Source: Intoshia linei
Lineage: Eukaryota > Animalia > Orthonectida
Reading direction: 5' to 3'
DNA: 44,256 bases
NCBI GenBank assembly: GCA_001642005.1
Contig: LWCA01000175.1
Span: 1-44,256, forward strand
Position 1 is the stretch's first letter. Each line of letters starts with the position of its first letter. Below the pieces are notes generated by a model that had not been told where the DNA came from, did no database searches, and saw nothing but the letters and a program-made list of their open reading frames with translations. Below are positions 35,640 through 44,256 of the stretch, one piece after another. Made by a program: the position numbers and the translations under genes.

Positions 35640-36600
35640 CATTGTTCATCAGGTTTGAAATTGTGGCCTTTTCATGTTTTTTTTCTAAGCCTTGCTACAT
35701 TAATGAAAGATTTCATGTTTTTTGGCGTGGTACGCTTTTTCCCATAATCAGCCTTCAGAATTCCCCACCATTTTTCGATTGGCCGAATTTGTGGAAAAGT
35801 CTTCTATATCTAAGAATGAAACTACATCTTTTGCATAATGGGCCGGTGCCAAGTCATGCCAATATATGCACTGTGATGCATGTTTCCTGGCAAAAGGAAT
35901 GAGACGCTTCTGAATCATTTCGCTCAAGTAGATCTCTTTGTTGATTGTACCAGTCGTGATGTAAGAAGGACACTTCAGACTACACGAACATATCGCTAAC
36001 CACACGAGGTATTTTTGGGGGAACTTTGCAGACCGCTTATACTTGTGATCAGAGATTGGAAATATTGATTGCAATCAATTATTATGTATAAACCAATTAA
36101 TTGTTTGCTAAATATTAATTTTTTAATTAATTGATTTATATAAAATAATTTTTCAACAAACATTTAATTGATTTTCAATAATTGTTATCAATTGATTGCA
36201 ATTAAATTGGTTGCAATCAATTAATTCCAATCCCTGCTTGTGATAATCATCAACGTGCTGACCTTCTTTTGACGCCTAAAATTTCCAACCAGGAGCTTGT
36301 TTTGGGTCTGCCATGATGTACGACTTATCATCAATGATGACACACGCATCCTTGTGGTTCTGCAACAAGTTCTTAAATAAAACAAGCCGCTGAGCTACGA
36401 TTGCCACATGCTTTTCCGTATATTTTGGTGGTGCCTTCTTTGTTCGTGTCTTAAAGACTAATTTTTTCTTGATTTTGTTAACATTTGGTTGACTAGTCCC
36501 AACAGACGATGCAATTTGTGACTCAGTTGTACTTGGGTTGCGATTGAGGATTAGGGTGTTAACTTTTTTCACAAATTTTGGAATTAGATAAAATCTATGG
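35640..36600 (-). pseudogene. IS630-Tc1-mariner transposase relic, ITmD37E-like, interrupted by a MITE
   Basis: HTH (STTESQIASSVGTSQPNVNKIKK), CVIIDDKSY, KFPQKYLVWLAICSC..ITTGTINKEIY..QKRLIPF..WHDLAPAHY, then frameshifted QIRPIEKWWGILK. A deletion before the catalytic E prevents measuring the spacing. Confidence 0.8.
36050..36236. mobile_element. hAT-type MITE nested in the transposase relic
   Basis: TIRs CAGAGATTGGAA / TTCCAATCCCTG; perfect 8-bp TSD CTTGTGAT (36042-36049 and 36237-36244); related end at ~3675. Confidence 0.9.
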
Positions 36601-37424
36601 CCGTACGAGATGACAAATAGGTTATAAACATTAATTATAATGTTTGTTTACCATAACTTTACAAAAAAATCAGCCAGGTTTCACATTAAAAAATACCGTA
36701 ACATAATTGAACTAATGTTTAATTATACTATATGTGCATAATTTGTCATTAATGTATTTTATCCATCTGTGAGACATCTGAGACATCCATCATTATACTA
36801 ATCACTTTACTTCATTAATTTCTGTGTTAAATTTTTCTTCATTTTATAAAGTCAATAAGAAATAAACTATTTTTTTGTATAATCTAAATGTTTATATAAT
36901 TTATAACTTAAAATTTTAAACCGATACAAATGCTTGTTTTTAAACAAAATGTTTATACGTACATAGTGATTTTCATTATTATTAAAGAAAATGTAGGTAA
37001 TTTACTTTTATTTTAAATATTATTGTTTTAAAAAGCATTCTCGTACCTATTTTATAGAGTTTAATCAATAATAATCTAAACACATTTAAATTATGTAATG
37101 TCACATTACTAATGTGTAAATAAAAATTTAATATCAGACATTCAATTTAAAACACTTTTATTTTAAAAAACTGTTGACTTAAAAAAAATTATTCGTACAA
37201 TGTTTAGCAATGGAAAAATGGAATTTTAATCTAACAATGTTTTAAAAAAACTATTTATTTTAAAATAATGCATGTTTTATTTTGTATGAAATTTATAACT
37301 ACATTTTAAAATTTTATTTTAATAAACTGAATAATAAAATCTTACTGTTTAAAACATAAATGCTACTATTCAATATTATCAGTCTTTTAAAGGAGAGTTT
37401 CACAATCGACTTGGTCATTTCATA

Positions 37425-37585
37425 TTACCTTTTAATATATACTTTTAAAGTGAATTATTTCCACTTAATTTTTTGTTGTTAACATTTGTGTAAATAATTT
37501 TAAAACAATTTTGTGATTTATTAGAAAGAATGAGTGTATAATCTTAAAAATAAAGTCAAAACTACAATCCTAAAATTTATAATTA
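37425..37585 (-). mobile_element. Helitron internal fragment
   Basis: Matches 40480-40630 (TTTATTAGAAAGAATGAGTGTATAATCTTAAAAATAAAGT). Confidence 0.55.
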
Positions 37586-37587
37586 TA

Positions 37588-38122
37588 TAGTTTAAGACTT
37601 AGACTTTAAGTCCTTACTAACGAAATTTTTGTAACGGAAAAAATTCCATGTTAACGGAATTTATTTTTTCATAACGAATTTGTATGAACCAAAAATTCCG
37701 TTAATAAAAATTTTATCTATAAAGCTCTATAATCTATTGTAATAACTATAATAAACAAAAACTCATTCGCCTTTTAATTTTTTACTAATTAAGTCAATTT
37801 ATTACGTTTTTATCAAATTTTTAATAGATATTATCTTAGATGGCCTTAATTAGAAATAATTACTATCTTTGCGGAAATAACATTTTTAGTTTATTTTATT
37901 TCTGTAAAATTTAATTATAATATTTTTCATGGATCTAAAAACTGTTGTGGACCTCAGAGGACCACATGAACCTCTTTGAAAATGGTTGGTGTATAGTGCT
38001 TAGTCATGTATTATTCAAAAACTTATAAATATAATAATAACAAGAAATATGGCCATTTAATGGTTTTTATTGAAAAAAATTAAATATCGTTAATAAGGAC
38101 TTCGAGTCTAAGTCTTAGACTG
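37588..38122. mobile_element. TA-flanked Tc1/mariner (pogo-like) MITE
   Basis: ~36-bp TIRs TAGTTTAAGACTTAGACTTTAAGTCCTTACTAACGA / TCGTTAATAAGGACTTCGAGTCTAAGTCTTAGACTG, with TA on both sides. Confidence 0.8.
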
Positions 38123-38448
38123 TAATACATTTATTTGATTCAATTTTTAAAATAGCCAGTATATTTTTAAATATTATATAATTTAAATCACTAATTTACA
38201 AAATGCGTCCAGGTGCGTACACGCCCATTTAACGATGACGTGTGACCCGGTAAAAATATTTATGAAAATTTATTTATGTAAGCAATTATATTTTAATTTA
38301 TATTTTTAATGTTTTAATTAAATTTAAATTTTATAAAATTAAGAATTATTAATAATAGCATATACCTAATATGTAATATCGTAGTTTGATAATAATTATC
38401 ACCTTTGATTGCTAAAATATCCATCCATTAAAATACTATTGTATGTGA

Positions 38449-38583
38449 CAGTGGCGGATCTAGGATTTTAAGCCAGGGGTGGGACATAATTATTAGGGGA
38501 CCAAATGCATATAATGTATATTTTTTTTATATATAATATTATAATATAATATATATAATTTCGCCCACCTAGATCTGCTACTG
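38449..38583. mobile_element. Small MITE with 8-bp TSD (hAT-like)
   Basis: TIRs CAGTGGCGGATCTAGG / CCTAGATCTGCTACTG; TSD GTATGTGA / GTATGCGA (1 mismatch). Confidence 0.85.
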
Positions 38584-38649
38584 GTATGCGATGATATAAT
38601 TCAATAATGTATTATAATTGCCTCAAAGCCATATAGCATGAATGGGATA

Positions 38650-39060
38650 AAAATTTTATCATTTATTAAATAAGTTCAAATATCTGTTAAAAGATAATGT
38701 AAAAATTTTAAATTATTTATCAATTGCTTTCGATGAACCAAGTGACATATTCCACAGCACATTTGTTCAAATTTATCAGAGCGATAACTATCGAATTTAT
38801 GATTATAAATAGTTATGTGAGATTCCTAAATTTTGAATGATACCAATTCCGATGCGATTTCAATTACTTTTGAATCATACTATTTGTGTCAATTTTATTT
38901 GATTTCATTAAAAAAATAACCAAGAATAAACGAATTTATAGAACTACGAAATAAACAAATAAAAACCATAATCAGAATGCTTAACATTAATTAATATTAA
39001 ATTAATGTTAAAATGTTATCTTTTCATCAGGTGTATTCTTCAATAGAAAGTTTAATACTT
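38650..39060 (+). pseudogene. Highly decayed hAT (Buster/GTF2IRD2-like) transposase fragments
   Basis: LSIAFDEPSDI (cf. FSLALDESTD) at ~38720; FIRCILQ*K (cf. HCIIHQE) at ~39025. Confidence 0.35.
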
Positions 39061-40299
39061 TTCAGGGTTGGAGGTTTTATCTGTTCTCCAAAACCAAATA
39101 GAATGTGAATAAGAATACATTATTGCATTATTACATAAATTAGATAATACTTTTTCCGAGCAAAGAGAAATTATCATGAAAAAAGAAAAATAGTCTTATG
39201 AATAGATTTCCAATTATCATTAATGTATATATTATAATTAATATCCTAACTTTATATTTTTAGTTTTTTGTAAATTTTAATTTATTATGTAATATACGTG
39301 TAATTTACAGACTAAGATACACGTTTTTCATACTAATTACTAGTGTTGATAACCGGTTAATTTTCTATATTTCTAAAATATCACTTCTTATATTTACGTA
39401 TTGATTATAATCAATAATAATACATTTAATAGATATTTATTAAGTTTTTTATCAAATTTTTTTAATGTTGCCTAGTAATTTTTTTCATGGTCAACAAAAA
39501 ATTTTATAATTTATTACCGGTCGGCCGTAAAAGAAGTGTGGGATTCCCCCGGTATGCAATATGTATGTGTATTATCCAACATATATGTTGTAACCAAGAA
39601 AATAATTATATATAATTATAATTATTGATGTATTTTTTAATTTATTTTATAGCTTTTATTGCGAGTAAATAATTTCAGCTTATTCAAATATTATAACAAA
39701 AATAATAATACTTATCATTACTTTATATTAAAATTATACACAAACATGTATGTAAAATTATTGTAATGTATTAATCTAAAAAAATTTAATTTATTTGTAA
39801 TTTTTTAAATTTTGATTATTTTCTTGAGAAATTTTAAATCGGATTAACATTTAATTATATAATTTTATTTAAAAATGTAGGTTCTCGTAAATTCCATTTT
39901 TTTATCTTTGCAAAATTATACATAATATATTTGTCTAGTTGCAAACGGTAAATTACACTAATTAAATATATGTATTATTACGATAGAAAGCGCTCATAAT
40001 CACAATATTAGGGCGTCTCATTAATATCATCATAAGGCGCTGGCTCGTATAAACAAATTTTTTAACTATCACACTTTTATGGATTTCTATTAGAGTTTTA
40101 TGGAGTTTAAATTAAATTGAAAATTAAATCAATATCAATACGAAATTTTTCGTCATTTAAATACGGTAGGAAATTATCTGGTTCTATATTATTAATTAAT
40201 ATAAATATTTTACAATACAGTCGATTCTCTCTATTTTAAAAAAGAAATTTTGTTTAAATTGAGGAACATTTTAATATAAGCATTTATTTTATAAGTAAA

Positions 40300-41446
40300 C
40301 TAGGTTGACTGTTAAGTACTACGTACAAACAGCACCTAGCTCTGCCGAGGGCACATTTTTATTTTATCAAAAAAAATTCACGTTGAGAATCTAACTTAAA
40401 AATCCTATTATTCACTATTATCAATCCTTTAATAGAGTGGTTCCCAAACTTGTTTCAGGTGGAACCGTCATATCACATTAATTTTTACTTTAAAGTGAAT
40501 ATTCCATCTTAACTTTTTTTAAGATTTGCGTAAAGAATTTTGAAACAATTGTTATCCTATTTGATCAATTTATTAGACAGAATGTGTGTATAATATTAAA
40601 AATAAAGTAAAAACAGTCATATCCTAAAAATTGTTATCAATAACATAAATTCCAGAAAAAATAAAATTATAAAAACCTACTTTGTCATTTTCACTGATAT
40701 GAATCATCAAAATATATATTCAGTAACAATTTAATAAATACTTAAAAATACCAATTATGTATCAATAATTTACGGAATCAGCAAATTATATATAAATTAA
40801 AATAAAATATAATAAACAATTTATATATAAATATTGGAATGCGTAGATTTCTGGAATTGAAATTTTGTATTTATATCAACTGAAATAAGCTCTATCAGAA
40901 TAATCTTTTTTTTAATTTTCGGACAGTTAATTATTTTAAATTTTTTATATTTCGGAAAAATAAATAAACGAAATATAAATAAATATATAAACGGAAAAAT
41001 AAAGTATTTCGAAAAAAAATATATGAATACTATTATGCATTTTTGACACTGTGTTAACCTACAACGTTATTATTGTACCTTGTGACAACTGTACCACCTG
41101 TACATTTTTTTAAATTCTAGGACTGACTTCATAAAAAAACGGTAATTTGGGTTTTGGCCCTGAAGATAAATTTTTTTTTAAATTTAAATTAATGCTAATG
41201 TTTATGATTTTAAAATCCGTATCAGAGTATATATTTTTTTAAATTATCTAACTCGTTTGAATTTCAAAAAAAAGACAATTGGGGTTTTTGACCCATAAAA
41301 TGTGAGTTTGGGAGGTTGAAATTAAGTTTGCGAACACCCTCGGAAAAATTTTAATTGAAATGTCGACTCGATACAATTCTAAGACTGTAGTTATTGAAAT
41401 AAACGGCAACACACACAAACAAATATTGCGTAGCATATTATAATAT
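40300..41446 (-). mobile_element. Non-autonomous Helitron, near-complete (downstream member of a tandem pair)
   Basis: 3' end on minus strand is hairpin CTGTTTGTACGTAGTACTTAACAG then TCAACCTAG|T (40300); 5' end slightly truncated (TATAATATGCTACGC). Confidence 0.8.
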
Positions 41447-41449
41447 ACA

Positions 41450-42958
41450 CTAGCTTAGCAGTTTTGTACTACGTATAAACAGCACCTAAGCTCTGTCGAG
41501 GGCACTCTTTTATTATAGCAAAAAAATAACTTCACGTTGAAAATTTAACTTAAAAATTCTACTATTAACTATTTTCAATCCTTTGTTTTATTTTGTTAAC
41601 ATATGTGTAAAGAATTTAAAAACAATTGTTATCCCATTTTTTTAATTTATTAGACAGAATGTGTGTATAATATTAAAAATAAAGTAAAAACAGTCCAATC
41701 CTAAAAATTGTCATAAATAGCATAAATTCCAAAAAAATAAAATTAGTCCAATACTAAAAATTGTCATAAAGGTGTGAGTTTTGGAAATTGAAATTTATAT
41801 TATTATATGTAAAAATTGTCATAAATAGCATAAATTCCTAAAAAATCAAATTATAAAAACATATTTTGTCATTTTCAATGTGATAATATATATTTAGTAT
41901 CAATTTAATATCTATTTAAAAATACCAATTGTGTATATATAATTAATTGAATCTTCACTTTATAAATATTTCAGTCGAATTTTACCATTATTGCAAAAAA
42001 TTGTAATATAAAAATAATTGATGTTAAAAATTTGTCCATATTTTTGGCCTTTTTTCTTGTGAATGTTACTTTTCTTTTTACCATTTTATGTTAAATTTGT
42101 AACAATTATCAATAAAAAAAATAACGTTTCAGTTAATATAAATTTAAAATTATAAATTCGTTGCTGTAGTATTAAAATTTAAAGATTATAAAAGATGTTT
42201 AAAAAATAAAAATTTGAAATTTAAAAATTGCGTAGCAATGAAAAAAATTCCGAAGAAATGAGTTATATAGATTTTCACCCATATGTTTTGACTGGAAATG
42301 TGTAGACGTAAAATCCACATTTTTATTGAAATTGTAGGATCAATATTTACATTTTTGATTTTAATCGAAATATTTGAAAAATATTGGTTGACAATAAATT
42401 AAAAATGATTTTTCACCGGGAATGCGTAGATTTCTAGGGTTGAAATTTTGTATTTATATCAACTGGAATAAGCTCTACTAGAATAAACCTTTTTTTAAAT
42501 TTTCGGACCGTTAATTATTTCATATTTTTTGTTTTAATAAAATATTTCGGAAAAAAAATATGTGAATACTAAAATGCTTTTTTGACCGTGAAGTCGTCAC
42601 TTATTTGGATTGAAATTTTTTATGTGTGTTAACATGATGCAACTCTATCACCTGTAAATTTTTTGAAAGTCTAGGGCTGTTTTCAAAAAAAAATGAAGGA
42701 AATTTGTGGTTTTGGCCATGAAATTATAATTTTTTTAAATTCTCCAACTCGTTTAATTTTCAAAAAGTGGGACAACAGGTGTTTTTGACCCTTAAGATGT
42801 GAAATTTGGAGGTTGAAATATATCTTAATATACGTCTCGAAAAAAAACTGTAATTGAAATGTGGTCTTTAAAAAATTCTAAGATGGGTAGTTATTTAAAT
42901 AAAGCTGAACACACACACAGACAAACAAAAATCGCGTCGCATTTTATATAAGTTAGGA
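41450..42958 (-). mobile_element. Non-autonomous Helitron with both termini (~1.5 kb)
   Basis: 5' A|TCCTAACTTATATAAAATGCGACGCG (42958); 3' hairpin GTTTATACGTAGTACAAAAC then AAGCTAG|T (41450); no TSD. Confidence 0.85.
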
Positions 42959-42989
42959 TATTATATTATAGTAAGGATTATACTTTATA

Positions 42990-43245
42990 TTAAATGTGAT
43001 TCGATAGTTGCCATATATCTATTGATACAACATTCTTTAAACATCTGGGTCTTTGAGATTTCATAATAATGAAAATTTTCTTTTTCTAAGTTCCTGTAAT
43101 ATTAAAACATGCCATAAGAGTAATACGTTGTTTACTGGCTTTTGTTCCAAAACATTTGGTATTAATAAATTCAAAAGTTTTGTTAGGTATACACTCATAA
43201 TATAGTGCGAATTCATCAAATAGAAATAAGTTCTGACTATAATTA
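42990..43245 (-). pseudogene. pogo/Tigger transposase DDE_1 fragment
   Basis: LFLFDEFALYYECIPNKTFEFINTKCFGTKASKQRITLMACFNITGT*KK-KIFIIMKSQRPRCLKNV (cf. IFNADETGLFYKCLPDKT..KCSGGKxSKERIT..GKSKNPRCFKNV). Confidence 0.85.
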
Positions 43246-43548
43246 TATTATTTAGGATTAATGATGAGTAAATATATTACATAATTGTTAATTTCTCAAT
43301 TTAATTTTATTAATAAATCAATTATAGATATGCAAAGAAGTATTTTTAAATTATATTTATTTCTATAATTATAGAAATATATTTATCGTTTCTTGTCCTT
43401 GAATCATATATTTTCTTAATAAAAAATGCTTGAAATTTTGAAATGGGTTCGACTGTAATGATAAGAGTATTTTGTAAATATTTAACATTGCAGAAATCGA
43501 CATCTTCACTATCAAAAAAGCACATCATCATTTTCATAAGTAATAAGT

Positions 43549-44066
43549 ATACAACTGTGAAATGTACACATTCCACGGGTATGTCGTAGAATGTATAGTA
43601 TACAATGTATACCTTTCATTCACAAGTCGTAGAATGTGTAAAATTTTCATATATATTTTAATTTTGGCTTTTAAAAATTTTTGTTGAACCAAACTTTAAG
43701 GTGGTTTTCTTATAAATTTTTTTTAACAGAACTTTCAAGAGGGGTTTTTAAGTTTTTTTTTTTGAACCAAACTTTCAAGAAGAGTTTTTAAAATTTTTTT
43801 TTAGAATTGTACTTTCAAGGGGGCTTTTAAGATTTTTTTTGAACCAAATTTTATGAGGGTTTTTAGGAAATTTTTTTAAACCGAACCTAAAGACAACCTT
43901 ACCATTTGGTTATATAAATCTTAAAAATCCCATTAAAAAACCTCCATATATTTTTGTTCAATAAAATTTTTAAACCCAAAATTAAAATATATATGAAAAT
44001 TTTACACATTCTACAACTAACCCATAAAATGTGTACATTTCAGTTTTACTCATTCTATGCGACATA
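43549..44066. mobile_element. MITE of the 18307-18829 family with an internal tandem ~40-bp array
   Basis: TIR-like ends (TACAACTGTGAAATGTACACATTCCACGGG / CATTCTATGCGACATA); 5-6 degenerate GAACCAAACTTTCAAGAGGGGTTTTTAAG units at 43680-43890. Confidence 0.75.
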
Positions 44067-44256
44067 TATACATTTATGTAAATACATATTTATTATATGT
44101 ATACTATTTTATTTAATAGTAAAATAATGCTTAAATTAACATACAGTATTATATACATTCATGTAGCTCAAGGTAATTTTATTTTATATTTAAGAATATT
44201 ATAGTGTTTTCCACGTGTTACAATCTGTGCTGGTTGCGAGTGTTTACGATTAGAGT

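Noticed and set aside
26273-35902. Plus-strand ORFs 26273-26521, 32409-32594, 33192-33419 and 35642-35902
   Set aside because: Antisense to Cobl-like exons or the transposase relic.
39341-39565. Possible hAT MITE (TAGTGTTGATAACCGG ... CCGGTATGCAATATG)
   Set aside because: TIRs too degenerate and no TSD found.

Overview
Very AT-rich eukaryotic nuclear DNA with GT-AG introns, some only 37-50 nt. The gene content is bilaterian; a compact-genome animal such as an orthonectid is a guess only. Manual splicing gives two apparently intact minus-strand genes that the ORF track fragments. (1) An 8-exon Distal-less/Dlx-like homeobox gene (15015->8688, 408 aa) whose N-terminus carries about ten 17-aa (51-bp) tandem repeats with a PYDLA core. 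(2) An 8-exon cordon-bleu (Cobl)-like gene (~33832->25171) with ubiquitin-like Cobl domain(s), KRAP-like proline motifs and WH2-like motifs. Two host pseudogenes are present: an intron-containing partial RPS3A copy, and an allatostatin-A/galanin-type GPCR with three in-frame TGA codons and one frameshift. The rest is rich in DNA transposons: hAT MITEs with 8-bp TSDs, TA-flanked MITEs, dead hAT, pogo/Tigger and Tc1-family transposases, and at least six copies of a non-autonomous Helitron, including a head-to-tail pair. Two unexplained structures lie upstream of the homeobox gene: a diverged ~165-bp duplication with a covarying hairpin, and a foldback with 92-bp arms. All family assignments are from motif recognition by eye; no searches were run.
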